Below are positions 25,301 through 38,635 of a DNA stretch of 64,000 bases, one piece after another; within the stretch, counting starts at the first letter, position 1, and every line of letters starts with the position of its first letter. The notes below the pieces were generated by a model that worked only from the letters and a program-made list of their open reading frames with translations, did no database searches and was not told the DNA's origin. A program made the position numbers and the translations under genes. This DNA comes from Saccostrea echinata (lineage: Eukaryota): assembly GCF_033153115.1 (NCBI RefSeq), contig NW_026889758.1:53568001-53632000 (forward strand), written 5' to 3'.

Positions 25301-26488
25301 AAAAGTCATTGAATTCATTGATAATACAATGGTCATATAAAAGTTTTTCTCTAGGTATTTTAATGACAAATTCCATCAGAAAAGTCATGCACCTTAAACT
25401 AAAATTGTAAGGGAAAACGTTAATGAATCTAGAAAGTTGTTCAAAAGATTTGGAAGTTTTTTTCGGCTGACACTTTTTGTTGCCCATACCCTTTCTATAA
25501 AGTTGTTCTGTACAGCTACAGTCAAACCCAGTAACTCAAACTGACCAACTTAGCAGGATTGAAAAACACTAGATACTTGAGAGTTCAAAATATTAGAGAG
25601 ATATCAGGGAGTTGAATATATCAGTCTGAGAGAAATATCAGAAGGTTAAGATATCAGATAGTTCAAGATAGGGAGATCAGAGAGTTCAAGATGTCAGAGA
25701 GATATCAGAGAGTTCAAGATGTCAGAGAGATATCAGAGAGTTCAAGATGTCAGAGATAACAGAGAGTTCCAGATACATTGTACATGTATCAGGGAAATAT
25801 TAGAGAGTTCAAGATGTCAGAGAAATATTAGAGAGTTCAGTATATCAGAGAGATATTAAAAAATTCAAAATATCAGAGATGTCACAGAGTTCAAGATATT
25901 AGAGAAATATCACAGAGTTCTTGATATCAAAGTTGATACTTGAACTCATAATATAGTGAAACCATAGACTAACTTTAACATATTCTATCAGCATTATAAT
26001 AAAAGAAAGTTAAATGTACACAAACAAATACTTATCCCTTTAATATTTAATGAAGAGATACATGTATTTAAATTAAGATTACATTGGCTATCAAAAGAAA
26101 TAATGCTGTTTTAGGAAATTTAACAATATATAGTTTTATATATCTACATACGTTCATGTACATGTTGTAATTGATATACAGCAGAGATGATCTATTGATT
26201 TGTTTTATTTTTGCCAAAGATTCTAATTATTGTTAAAATATATCATCCCATCATGTACACAAGAAAATTAATCATTTGACATGATCTAATTAACGACTTT
26301 TAAATAGTTTATCTCTTTTTTTCAGTTGTGAAATTACACCTTATATGGATGAAAGGAATTTCTGGATTTTCCAAGCTGTGTCATTTACAATATTTGCTGT
26401 GACATATTCATTGGTTCGAGTGAGACAAAAGAAACTAGATGGACAGTTAATGGACAAAATTAATAGACAAATTGCATCTGGTATATGA
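19325..26488 (+). CDS. JTB: Jumping translocation breakpoint protein homologue (152 aa, 5 coding exons)
   Basis: Exons 19325-19380, 22697-22779, 23738-23814, 24440-24519 and 26326-26488 join in phase. They give a hydrophobic N-terminus, a Cys-rich domain (SCP..ECERCS..PECQETGFKQKILC..NC), then ERNFWIFQ, a TM helix and VRVRQKKLD..MDKINRQI, matching the JTB C-terminus. Confidence 0.9.
19929..20571. mobile_element. Kolobok-like non-autonomous element (TTAA TSD, GG termini) in JTB intron 1
   Basis: TTAA|GGTCAAGATCTAGTAAAT ... ATTTACTAGATCTTGACC|TTAA. A related copy lies at 36268-36745. Confidence 0.75.
21876..21948. repeat. Near-perfect 73-bp palindrome (tiny foldback element)
   Basis: GTCCAGGTGTTTCACTTATATGAATGACTTGCTTG-ACC-CAAGCAAGTCATTCGTATAAGTGAAACATCTGGAC. 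Confidence 0.9.
22295..22538. mobile_element. MITE with GGCC termini (Harbinger-like)
   Basis: GGCCATCTTTAAA..TGTTTG ... CAAACA..TTTAAAGATGGCC. Confidence 0.65.
22980..23720 (+). mobile_element. Degenerate HINE-like element with ~160-bp tandem units
   Basis: GTCTGTC microsatellite remnant, followed by repeated TGACCTTG...GGTCATTT..GCAAGTTCAAGGTCACTG units. Confidence 0.55.
24145..24302. mobile_element. Tc1/pogo-like MITE (TA TSD, CAGT terminus)
   Basis: TA|CAGTTGAACTTCGGTATCTCGAA ... GATAATGAGGTTTGATTG|TA. Confidence 0.55.
24600..25290 (-). mobile_element. Penelope-like retroelement RT remnant (3' part, degenerate), antisense in a JTB intron
   Basis: ORF 24788-25225 reads FRY..IDNILS..IYPSELQIKD..SYLDI..LY.K.DD.NF.IINFPYL.NNIP.SPAY..SQLI.YARACS, the YIDD/thumb region of a PLE reverse transcriptase. 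Confidence 0.8.
25575..25930. repeat. Degenerate ~27-bp tandem repeat
   Basis: Repeated GATATCAGAGAGTTCAAGATGTCAGAGA. Confidence 0.8.
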
Positions 26489-29077
26489 AAATTATACATG
26501 TATCTGTTCAAAGTATATATCCTATTTATTAAATCTAGTGTTTGAAGTTTTCCAGTTTGTGTCATATCATTGTGATTTATAACTAACTAATAACTGCAAC
26601 ATTTATTTTGTCAAATATCACGTATTAAGGAAAGTAATATTTAAAACTGTATTTACACTTGATCCACAATTCTGTTCATACAACCACATTTCATTAAACA
26701 CATGACTTTTCCATTGAACTATTTAGTCCTAATCATGGTTATAATTTTGCAGACTGATGCTTAAATGCATACACTTTATTTTCATCACTGAGACAGAATA
26801 TACACTGTACATGTGCATTACTTTCAAAATTCATGTTTTTATGAAACATTTTATGTATTCTGAGTTCGTAGGCAATGTACAATTAATTCATTCAGTTATG
26901 TTTTACACATGTTTTGTTTGATTTAAATTAAATGAATTTCACAGAATCAGTTTTACCAGAATTTCAAGTTTTACATGAAATGGGAAGATAGTATTTAAAG
27001 CTTTTTGAATGAATTCAAATTTCTTTAAAAGAATTTGTTAATGATTAAAAATGTTACTTCTTGTTGTACCATCCATTATCAGGATCAATAAGTTTCTTCA
27101 TTTCTGAAAAAAAAAGAGTGCGGAATTTGACCAAAAGGTTAAAGTTTTTTATTATGAACAGTAAAAATTAAAACAAGTAAAACTAGTGTGTGAGTTGTCT
27201 TAAGTGTCTTTAGTGTACAAAATGGATGTCTTCAGCTTCCTTCTTTACATTTTAACATCAACTTTGATCATAATGACATGACTTTTAATTTTAATAAAGA
27301 CCTTGGCAGGTCTAATGTCATGTCAACATACAAAAGATAACTGTCATTCTGATAGGTATCTGAAAGTTAAGGTATAGGACAAAATTAGTGATAGAAATGA
27401 CCATTGAGGTATAAATTACTTGGAGGGGTTAAATATGTTTACGGACTATAACTTCTGACTGAAATGAATTCAAAATTGAAAGATGTCGATGATCATGCCT
27501 ATCATGTAGGGATGTGTCAAGATATGCATTTGCTTGCAGGTAATTTCTCACAAACCAAATAAACTAGGCTATTACATCATAAATTGTGCCCAGAATATGA
27601 ATAAGGTTCCTTTAATTGTTCTGAATATATTGATTCCAACTATTAGAATAATAAATTAATTATGCTGTTGTCCTAGGCCTTGACCTTCATGTTTGCCAGG
27701 ATCTTTTCTCACGATATCTCTTAAGGTCATTGTCACTGCATATTCTGACAGTTGATGTAAAAAACATTGTTTTTGAAATTTTATACAACATAATATTACA
27801 GCTAGGGCAAAAAAAAAGTATGTCTTGGCAAACGCTACATGTATATCGGTAACTTTTTGTAAGCCACGAAGAAACGCTAAGAGAAGAGGTGGTTTTATGA
27901 AACAAAAAACAAACAAACTAGTTAAAACCTATGAATAATCGATCGATATAGTCAATGTATTATAAGTTTGTATTGCCCCCCCCCCCTTTTCAAGTTTCTG
28001 TAACAACGAATAAAACATCTAAAGATTTTATGATTAATGTTGTACATATACATGTAGTTAACGATAATGCCGATTTGAAATGCTTAATATACTATAATAA
28101 TAATCTTATCCAAGCTTCAAAAACATGTTATCAACAATTCCAACCTACAGAATATCAAATATAAGTAAATTGCTTGCATTATAAAGAGTTTTTTCCCTTT
28201 TCTGAGGGTCTAGATTTAAATATATGCCCACAATAGTTTCGAAAAATGCGAAGAAAAATATACACTTCAGAGGAAACTTCGATAGAGTTTACTTATTCCT
28301 TTTTGATTTTCGATGAGTCTCCGGTACCCTTATTCTTTTTCAGATTTTTTTTTTCTTATTTTTTTTACAAAGATGATAAAACCCAATTGTACACGCACAG
28401 CAGTCCTCGAGGTCCCTGATAATTTTTGCACATCACTGAAAATATGCCCCAATGTTCTTAACTATTTCTTTAGATATGCCCTACTGTTCTTAAATTTGAG
28501 AAAAGCTCCCTCCCCCCATCTACTCAGAGTTCCCTTTTTAAAGATGAAATTCTTCAAAATCACATTTTAGTTTTAAATACTTATAACATTCCAGCCAATG
28601 AGTTTACTGGGCTCCAAAGCTTCATAAAAATCCTTACAAACAAAGATATATTGCAGGGCCCAGTAAACATTCAACCAAGCCCCTATCTTTACTCCTCACC
28701 AAAATATTAACTGCAGTGAAGGAGAAAGTTCAAGAGTAATCGTGCAGCTATTCAAGAAGTGGCCGGTGTAAATCAAATATGGATTCTGAAAAACTCCAAA
28801 GAACTTTTGGAAAATTTAAAATCTCAACATTTCAAAACATCAAAAGCATCAAACCATTTGACTTTTCTACACTTTGTGCAACCATTTCTCACGATAAATT
28901 AAAAAGGAGACTTTTTGACACATAGACAACTGCTTCCTCAAGTAATATGGAACTGAATCATATAATGTGATTGGTTATCTACAAAATTATTTTAAAAATC
29001 AACAATACTCTGAAGTTGATGTTATAAAGACGCTGGAGCTCCTCATTGACAATGTCTATCTAGTCTTTGGAGAAGCA

Positions 29078-29295
29078 GGCCCCAAGACCATAAACTGAGA
29101 ACAAACTTAAGTCAAAATTTCAAATCAATATAACTTTTGAAATAATTTTGATAACAAAATAAAATTTTTACCATATGTTTAAATTGAAATATTATACAAA
29201 CCTGCAAATTTTGGATAACGTATGTATTATAAATGACAAGCTATTCAAAATCAAATTTTGACTTAAGTCTGTTCTCAGTTTATGGTCTCGAGGCC
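29078..29295. mobile_element. MITE with ~40-bp TIRs (Harbinger-like)
   Basis: GGCCCCAAGACCATAAACTGAGAACAAACTTAAGTCAAAATTT and its inverse AAATTTTGACTTAAGTCTGTTCTCAGTTTATGGTCTCGAGGCC. Confidence 0.85.
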
Positions 29296-29329
29296 TGTTT
29301 AAATCTAGGGGCACTAATTGTGCCCCTTA

Positions 29330-30642
29330 AAGGGATGGGGTCGATTACTTTCAAAAGTAATCGATTAAATTACAATTACTTTGGATTTTAAAAGTAATCG
29401 ATTACAAGCAGATTAGTCATTTTTTAAAGTAATCAATTACATCTGATTACTTTCCCATCATGTAATCATGATTACTTGTGATTACTATAGATTACATTAA
29501 CTTTTAAAGTTTTTTTTAAGTTCTTTTCTTTAATGTCTGGGAAAGAAACATTTTTTTAACAACACATTATATTCTAAAATCAATACTTTTAATTGCACAT
29601 AATCTTCATATACATTTTAAAGGTAGAGTTTGGACAAGGTTTGGTTACATTATTGTTCACATATAGATATTCGAGATGATTTATCTGATTATCTTATTTC
29701 TGTCCCATATACAAGTAAATATCTGTATTATTGTTGAGGGAAAAAACGCAATATAACTAATTTATCAATGAAAGTGGACAAAATTATAGCAAAAGATAAA
29801 AGGATTCAATAGAGAACTGTTTTATATGTAATTGACCATATTGATATAAGTGATGAACATTTCAATTAAATTGCTAATTATTAGATGTTTTAACTAGAAT
29901 TGACACTTTTACTGGACAAGCATTGTTTGTTCACTATTGTCATTACCCAAGCTGACCCAACATACATGTAAGTACATCTATGTTTTATTGCTATATCATT
30001 AATTAACTTTTTTTGTAAATTTAACAAAGTTGTGATTTTTATAATGCACATCATAAAGATACTCTTGATAAAAGATTCACATATATTCAAAGATTTACAG
30101 GGAAAACAAAATGCTATGTAGCGTACATGTTTATCATGTTAATTGGACCAAAAAAGTCAAACTTAAAAAAAATAAAGTGTAGTAATTTTCCTCAGTATCT
30201 AGCTATACAATGCAAATTGCTAAGGCACTCCAGCATTTTGAAATGACCACTGAATATAGCTAGTATGAGACGATTCACCCTCTGCCTGGTTAATGGACCT
30301 AATTATAAACATTTCTGAAAGCAAAAGAAGACGATATTGCTATATATTGCTTATAATTTTGAGAATAATTTTTGCTTATAAACAAATTTGCACACTGAAA
30401 AATATTCAATAAATATCATCAAAGATCATGTATTTATGCACTTCTTTTTAATCATTGTAATCATAAAGTGATCAAACAGTAATCATGATTACAAGACTTT
30501 TTCCAGAGTAATCGATTAAATTACGATTATTTGAAATCAGAAAAAAGATTATTACTGATTACTAGTACTCATCATGATTACACTGCAAACTGTAATCGAT
30601 TACAGCTGATTACGATTACTGATTACGATTACCCCATCCCTG
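29330..30642. mobile_element. hAT-like non-autonomous element with GATTAC subterminal repeats
   Basis: AGGGATGGGGT...ACCCCATCCCTG termini, imperfect 8-bp TSD GCCCCTTA/ACCCCTTT, and many GATTAC/GTAATC motifs near both ends. Confidence 0.75.
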
Positions 30643-33600
30643 ACCCCTTTTTTTTTTGCCGATACATTCCTATGAAGCAGAATTTATTGAAAACCTTCTG
30701 CATGAGAAGAAGAAAAAAACTCTTGCTGTGGCCTTCAACTCGACATTTAGATATATCGACGCGTTTTATCAATTAACAATAGTTACTTTCATTCGAATGT
30801 CAATTCGATATATCCCAGTGAATTAGAAATTAAAAATACTGCAAAGTCTGCTACATGTATAGACGATAACGACCAACTAATTATTTAACTGTATGACAGC
30901 TGTATTTTGTGACCTGACTTAAGGAAAATATTACATTAACCCTCGCCCTATATTTTATCCTAGGTAACTACATTTACCTCCTCTTGGGACCAAGTCGTCA
31001 TTAAAGACATTTATATTCCCTTTTATGAAAGAGGGCTTTATGGCAGGTTTGTTGTAAGAACCTATTGTATCGGAGTAATCTTAAGTATGTTTACACATTT
31101 GTATACTGCACAAGCTACAGGTAAGTTTTCATTGTACCTTATTCTGTAGAGGAACAGTTCATCTCTCTTTTCGTTGATTTCGTTAACTCATTTGTGATTA
31201 TGAGTCAGAGATACGTTATATGTTTTTTTTATTCTTGTCATTTTGTCCTCGCCATAAGTATGACCGAGACTACAGTGTCCGCGTCCTTCTGTCATTATTA
31301 GTGAAGAAAATAAGAAATATCTTGCTAAAATTGTTTTCAAATTTGTAGGAAGGAATAGTGACATAAAATTAAAAGTTGACTTTACAGCTCTTTCAGACAT
31401 TTGCACAAATTCAAACTAGACATTGATATCGTAAAAAATGATGCCAAGACGTCCTTATATTCAACTGTTTTATTGATCCTCTACTTTAAATGGTCAAGAA
31501 CTCATTGGCTACTATACAACGAATCCCCTTGAGACTTTTTAAAGAAACATAAATTTGATAAGAAGTTCACGTCCTTCTTGCACAACATGCCTACTTTCAG
31601 AACTGATAACTCACAGGTGATTTGATTAAATTTAATTTTTCGCAATCTTAAACTAGAATTACACTTACTACATATTTTTCTCTTGCATGACAGCATGGAC
31701 TAGGCTTTAACTAAAGATGTCGGCAGGATTTTGGAAACCAGGAGTGAATATTTTTGAAAAAAGTTTAATGTATATATTAATATTTTAATATGCAGGTGTT
31801 ATTATGGTTATACGCAACGTACATGTGCTTTAAAATGTACCTTTCTCACTGATAATTTTGAAAGATATTCTCAATTTATAAAGATATTACCGTCAGATGT
31901 TTTAAGAAAAAACGATCAGCTACATTACCTGGAGTTTTGAACAAATATCAAAAGACGAAAATCTTTTTTATGGTTACCGGTTTAAGATAAAAATATGGGA
32001 TACATAGCATAGATTCTTGTCTTAAAATGCAGTTCGCTGTAAAAAAAAAAAAATCTTTTTTTCTGACTTACTGTTATTATTTTTATTCTAATAGAGAGCA
32101 CTTGGGTATAGATGTATGAATTGAAAATTCCTTGAGGAATGCAAGGTAAACTTGCAATGATTGAATATCTGTGCATCAGGAGAAATGTCCCGGAGGCTTC
32201 AAACAAAAAGTTTTTGCAGTTTGCAAGGTGTAACGCTAGAGAATTCATTCTCATAAAAAGAGATGTCAGCATTTACTCAACTGTCAAAATATGTAGATTA
32301 CTTCAGAGTACAAGAAAATCTGAAAGCTGGAAAAAATTAAGATTTTCAACTATTGAAATTCATTTTTTTTTATTAATTTTTAAAAGATTTATTCATATTC
32401 TGTTTTAGAATATTGCAAAACCCTTACTTTGCATTATTGTGGGTATAATGTGGTCTGTTTCAAAGCTTTAAAAGTAATGAAAAGATTAAACACTACTACT
32501 GTTAACTGTATTATAATTCGGCTTTTTAATTTAGACGAACATTTGTGTAACGATGTTATTTAATCAATGAAAATTGTATGAATGACATAAATTTTCTATA
32601 AAGTAAGTTTGTTGTTTTCCTTTTTTGATTCCATGTCATGTATTTAAGGCGATGATAAATTTGATCAAACTACTAATGCTTGTATATAATGTAATGACAT
32701 TATGCACCTCAGTGGAGGAAAAAGAACAGTTTTGTATATAGCCACGGACGTTCTGAAAGTATTTTCTCTTGAATTAAACATGTAATATAATCACATTTTA
32801 CAAGAACTTTTTTTTTTCATTGTTATTCTTTGCAGAATAAAACATTACGACAAATAGTTTACCTTAAATGTAAAAATGCAAAAAGGGGAAAAGGCAATTT
32901 TCTTAAGTACATGTATGTGAAAATGGTATGTACAACACACACTGAGAGATACATGTATACGGTATCAAAGTCATTGAGAATATTTCGGGTATTCCCCGAT
33001 GAAGAGCAACGCCCTTTAAATAGTTTTAGACCTGGATAACCCTCTTTGACCCAATATACCCGAAAGAAGCTATTGGTTTAAATCTTACTTAGTTTGTTTA
33101 TAGACACTTCAGCTGACAATGCTAAAAATATACACATGACCTAGAGATTTAACCAATAGTAAGGAGGTTTAATATCAAAACAAGGAAGTAGAGGGGAACT
33201 TACCAGTTTATTCATCTACATTCATGGAGGTAAGGTGTGCTGAATTCTTGCACTGATGTAAGGTAAAATCATTATGCATACTTTTAACAATTACAAATTT
33301 CAATTTGGTTTGTTATGAAACTTAATTCACATCTTTTTGGTATAAAAAAATGATAAGTTGAAAGCATGAGGCACAGTACTTAATTGATATCGAATTATAT
33401 ATCACACATTCTTAAAACACAGATCTGAGAGTTCAAATAATACGATATGATACAATATATATAAAATGTCCTTATCCGTTAAAGTGTTTAAAGACTCTTT
33501 GAAAGCCCAACTATAATTTCAATAAGGGGTTAACATAAAAGAACGAAATTAGGGTCTGATAAACAACATACTCACAACGTAATTCCTAAAAGCTTTTATT

Positions 33601-33966
33601 TTCATTTTTTCCTAGGGTTATCGATCAGATTGTTATGTAATATATCTTGATAGTTTGTTTGTCTATTTTAAAACCCATTAACGTTCCTTGTTGAAAGTTA
33701 AAAGAGACAGGAAGTACTGTGTTAATTATGGAATTAGAACAACTTGTTACTTTCAATAAGCAATTTTTACATTCTCATTTACAACGTACAGATGTGTCAT
33801 ATTTACATTTAAACTTGAACATGATTTTTCATGATATTTATCTAAATCTGATGAATGCTACAGCTCAAAACACTGAAATGTTATTTTGGTGTTGAAAATT
33901 AGGCTATCATTAGCCATGTTAAGTACCAACGCGAGAAAATGCTAAGTATATGTATATATATTTTAG

Positions 33967-36015
33967 ATGATGAAAATGACAGACTACCTTAACATTTTCT
34001 ACACCATCATTGCACTGTTTGTTCCCATAGTGAATGCAACCAGCTGTGACACCTGCCAATCCACAAATGTTATAGACCTTTCGGGCTGCAATTTCCGCAG
34101 CTTATCCAAGGCAATTAACAAATCGTGCAGTGCCGCACGGAGTGCTCAAATTCTGAATTTGAACGGAAATTTTATAACAAACATTTCAAGTGGCGACTTG
34201 AAAATGGCGGATAGCACTAGCTATTTTTGGCAGCTCAGCAAACTTAATATAAGTAATAATTCAATTATTCATGTCGCCGAAGATGCTTTTTCGGCATTAC
34301 TCGTTCTTGAACATCTAGACCTTTCGTATAACAAGTTGAAAAAGTTAGCAAATGGAATTCTGCAAAATAAACCTGCTTTAAGAACTGTTGATTTCTCGTA
34401 CAATCAGATAGATTTTGTTGGAACAAACGTTTTTACAAAATACCACAATGCTCTTAAAGAGGTTTACCTTGCACATAACAAGCTTGTGTCCTTTGAACCT
34501 TGGCCATATATACCACCAACTTTGAGAAAATTTGATGTATCGTACAATGTCATCGTGAACTTTACCAACAGAATGAACTGGACATACAACTTGGAGGAAC
34601 CTTACCACGCAAGTGCAGATCTACGTCACAATCAGTTTACATTTTGGAACGATGGATTCTTTCAACAATACAATCCTAATAGTAAAGATTTTTACACCGA
34701 CTTTGTAACATATAATGTAGATCTGCGCGATAATCCGTGGTTCTGCGACTGTAAACTTCATAATTTTTCAAAGAGATACCAGAATTCATTCTTCAAACAC
34801 GCCGATTCAAATTTAATTGAAGTTAAATGCAATGGTCCACCAAAACTAAAAGGGAAATCTTTTGTAGAGGATGTTGACTTGAACGATTTGGTTTGTAATG
34901 TCACCAAGGACTGTCCACATAATTGTTTATGTCAAGACAAGCCAGATGACAATATGTTTCATGTAAATTGTAATAACGGAGGCCATACAAGTTTACCAAG
35001 TCAATTACCGGAAAACAGATATAAAAGACTGAAATTGGAAATGAATAATAATTATATCAACACATTATCTAGTAGGAACTATACATCTTATATCACCGAA
35101 CTCTCAATGTCTGGAAATGGACTGCAGGTGGTTGAAAGCGGAGCGATAGGAAATATGAAAGAACTGAAATATTTGAACTTGGAAAACAATAAATTGAAGA
35201 GCATTCCAGAAAACATTCAGTATCTAATTCGATTTGAAGAAACTGAACTAAGTCATAATCCTTTCAAATGCACATGTGATATGGTTTGGATGGCAGAATG
35301 GATTAATTTTGCTCCTGAAGACAATCCAAATCGTGATATCCAATGTACTTATGAAAATGACGACGTTTACAAGATTCGTGAAGTAACAGAAAGGTTACTC
35401 AACTGCACGTATGATGTTGCTATAGGTTTGACAATCGGCTTTGCAATTTTGCTTACATTAGTTATTGTTGCTGTTATCTGGGCCAAACGATGTCCTTATG
35501 AAACCAAAGTTATCTTATACAGGTTTTTTCGGTATCATCCGTGGGATAAGTATCGCGTAGACAGAGAATTAGTTGCAGAATATGACGCATATGTGTCATT
35601 TGATGACAATAATATACACATACGTCAGTGGGTGCTTAGAAAATTTGTGAAACGTCTTGAAGAGGAAAAACCCTGCTATAAGTTCTTTGTGCCTATCAGA
35701 AACCTGATCCCTGGGGAAGACAAAGCAGATGGCATCATAAACAATATGGAGAAAAGCAAAAGAGTAATTATCATTCTCTCGGACAAATATGACGAGAATG
35801 AGTGGTGCAAATTTGAGTGCCAAAGGGCAGAAATTTTGGAATTGAACAATGGACGAATCATCTTCATAAAATATCACCCTGAAGCAGACGATATGATAGA
35901 AAACGAACCGTGGAAGTCTCGAGTGAAAGGTCGGAAGGTTTTTTCTCCCGGAGAGAAGAAAAGCGAGCGCAGGTGGTTTTGGGGGAAAATTAAATATGAG
36001 TTACCTACTCGATAA
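33967..36015 (+). CDS. Toll-like receptor A (short, two-cysteine-cluster protostome-type; 682 aa)
   Basis: Signal peptide, LRRs, LRRCT (NPWFCDC), internal LRRNT (CPHNCLC), more LRRs, second LRRCT (NPFKCTC), TM (IGLTIGFAILLTLVIVAVIW) and TIR (YDAYVSF, RNLIPG, WCKFE, FW). The start is preceded by acceptor TTTTAG. Confidence 0.97.
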   Translation: MMKMTDYLNIFYTIIALFVPIVNATSCDTCQSTNVIDLSGCNFRSLSKAINKSCSAARSAQILNLNGNFITNISSGDLKMADSTSYFWQLSKLNISNNSIIHVAEDAFSALLVLEHLDLSYNKLKKLANGILQNKPALRTVDFSYNQIDFVGTNVFTKYHNALKEVYLAHNKLVSFEPWPYIPPTLRKFDVSYNVIVNFTNRMNWTYNLEEPYHASADLRHNQFTFWNDGFFQQYNPNSKDFYTDFVTYNVDLRDNPWFCDCKLHNFSKRYQNSFFKHADSNLIEVKCNGPPKLKGKSFVEDVDLNDLVCNVTKDCPHNCLCQDKPDDNMFHVNCNNGGHTSLPSQLPENRYKRLKLEMNNNYINTLSSRNYTSYITELSMSGNGLQVVESGAIGNMKELKYLNLENNKLKSIPENIQYLIRFEETELSHNPFKCTCDMVWMAEWINFAPEDNPNRDIQCTYENDDVYKIREVTERLLNCTYDVAIGLTIGFAILLTLVIVAVIWAKRCPYETKVILYRFFRYHPWDKYRVDRELVAEYDAYVSFDDNNIHIRQWVLRKFVKRLEEEKPCYKFFVPIRNLIPGEDKADGIINNMEKSKRVIIILSDKYDENEWCKFECQRAEILELNNGRIIFIKYHPEADDMIENEPWKSRVKGRKVFSPGEKKSERRWFWGKIKYELPTR

Positions 36016-36267
36016 ATTGTTTTAATGGGATACTTAATTACGTATATTTGTAACTGTTTTTTAAGTGTTTTACATTAAATCAACTGAAATCCGTCCCATT
36101 TGATGCATAGTGTAACTGATACTATAAAACACTTTTAAACATGACTTTTGTATGCAAAATGTAATTTTTATATGTCCTCTATAATTTGATATTTTAAAAG
36201 TTACTGCCACTTTTCATTCAAGAAAATACTTTAAAATTATGTTTCTGTAAAAACAATCTCAATTTAA

Positions 36268-36745
36268 GGTCAAGATCTAGTCAATTAGTTAATGATTTTT
36301 TTTTTGCCAGATCCATTATGACGTCATAATTAATTTAAACTTGACTTTTCTCGTACTTTTCAGTTATACTTGTAGAAATGAAGCATTTTCATGGATCGTG
36401 TCAAAAGTAATTCCAATATCTGTTCAATTTAAACTTTTTAAAAGTTATTTTAAAGAAAAAGTCAAGAACATATAAATTACTATTTACTTAGAGACTGTAG
36501 GCAATATGGATCCATTTCCTTTGTCTGATATGGAAACAATTTTCATATCTATATTTGGTTTTCTTCATTTTTCATTGAAAATGATAGTATAAAAGATGTT
36601 TTTACGTTGTGTTTACCGAGGAAAAGAAACCATGCCCTTCTTCAGCCTGTTTTTTTTTCAAGGTATAGTTTTGAACATTATTTTTAGAATTAATTTCTGA
36701 AATTTGAAAAATCTGTAGGCACCTTTCATTTACTAGGTCTTGGCC
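36268..36745. mobile_element. Kolobok-like non-autonomous element, second copy
   Basis: TTAA|GGTCAAGATCTAGT ... ACTAGGTCTTGGCC|TTAA. Both ends are similar to 19929-20571. Confidence 0.7.
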
Positions 36746-38059
36746 TTAAGCAAAAATAATGTTTTAGGAAATAAAAGATAAAATTCTGTATTATCATGGA
36801 AAGCTTGTGTGAAGGAATCTAGAATGTTCAAGAAACTAAGGTGATTAAAGAGGAAAGTAATTAGTAAGTTTGAATACATTGAAGAAAGTTATATGTTTGT
36901 CTTTTCCTCTTTGGAAAATTAATTGATTAACATGGACAGCTAATAGATACAATGAGTCAGAATCAAAGAAATAGGAAGCCTGAAAGAGAAAAAGAAGGGT
37001 TTTTTTTATATCTTAAAACTTATCAAGACACAAGTCTTAATCACGATCCTAACTTATGTAGATAAAATATGTGACAAAATGTCTAGTTATAAATAACTAG
37101 ATGATATTTGACATTGCAGCTATCATTTTTTTTTGTAGTATAACTACTAGTATTGCATCTTGTAGAATTTGTATGTACAAAGTACGAAGTATAATCTTCA
37201 TTTATCATGTACATTTTTAAGTTTTTCTAGTACAATATATTCCATGTGATATCTAATATTTTGTTTTTTGAAGCTTTTGTTTACGATAAAACAGTTAAGA
37301 AAAAAAAACAGTCCGAAGTGTTTGCTTGCTTTGTGCATTTATTTGGTGGGTAAACAAAGTTTTTCTTTAATGAAAGTTTAGCATAGTTTATTAACAACGC
37401 AACCAAAAGACCTTCTTATCTCTGAAACCAAGGTGTCACATTTATTGGAAGCTCTTGACAATGTACCTTACTTTTAGTCGATTGCATTACGCATATTCAA
37501 ATGCAGTTTGGTGTTTTAAACACACTTTCTTTCACACTTATTGAATTTGAGGAGAAAACTTAATGAACATTGCGATTAGTTCATTGATGATGATGATGAG
37601 TTAATGATAGTCGAATATTAAATTTAAAAAAAAATACGAGGAGGAATGTTGTACGGTTCTTCACCCTTCAGTTTACTCATAGGAAATTTTGCTTGAACGC
37701 TTCTGATTTTCCAAAAGATATGTCATTTCTAAGTAAAATGCAAACAATGTCAGAGTTGCTTGCGGGACAAAATATGACAGAAAAGACATTTATCTTGAGA
37801 ATTGCATAAAAGAATAAAAGTCATTTATCCCAGATAGAGTTATCTCTCTTATTAAAGTATCAATGAACCTTAACAAGAAATACTTCAGTTCAACCTCAAA
37901 TTACTTTTTGATTTTAAGTATCAACTATTGGCATTTTTATAATTATTTTGATTTGAAAAACAACATACAACCAATCAATCAATCAATCAATAAGACTTGG
38001 TACAGAATTTGAATTTCCATACTTATAACAGATTTCTTGACTATGTGAAAATCATTATG

Positions 38060-38245
38060 ATGAAAGATACATAGCGGGTTCAAGTGGGGGTTCTACCAAG
38101 CCTCTCTCTTTACTCTTCAACAAAATATTAGCAGCAGTGAAGGAGAAACTTCAGGAGTACTGTACACAACATATTCGAGAAGTGATGATAATCAGATGTG
38201 GTTACTCAAACCTGCAAGGAACTTTAAGAAAATTTGAATTCACAA
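38060..38245 (+). mobile_element. Short Penelope-like RT fragment
   Basis: STKPLSLLFNKILAAVKEKLQEYC, homologous to 28665-28830. Confidence 0.65.
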
Positions 38246-38635
38246 AATTTATTTTTTAAAATTATCTTTATAGCACAACACAAGAATGATCTCTTCAAAT
38301 AAAACAACATCATTGAATAAAGAAGCTGAGACATTACACTTTACAATTCTTATCCATAAACGTATGCACATTGCATGTTAAGTAAAAATTGTAACCACTG
38401 AATATGAATTTGAAAGACAATTTGTTTTCTTCAAAACACATAAATTTCAAGATTGCCCTTAAAAAAATTTACTAAAATTAATTATAGTAAAAATTTTGAT
38501 ATTTTGATTTACTATGAAACTGAACTCTGGAACTTGTTTTGAGATTCCAAAGCTTAAAATCTCTTAAATTCGGTAACAGTGATATAAATTTGAAAATAAT
38601 ATGTGAATAATTATACAAATAATAGTTCCATTTAA

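Larger units (their letters stand above)
28665..30900 (+). mobile_element. Penelope-like RT remnant interrupted by two DNA-transposon insertions
   Basis: LLLTKILTAVKEK, WILKNSKELLENLK and FDFSTL at 28685-28880; GTNCAP at ~29310-29327; resumes after 30650 with YEAEFI..AFNSTFRYID..IYPSELEIK. It contains frameshifts and stops. Confidence 0.8.

Noticed and set aside
35596-35877. Conserved antisense ORFs in both TLR TIR regions (also 45919-46227)
   Set aside because: Explained by paralogy of the sense-strand coding sequence; no recognisable protein features.
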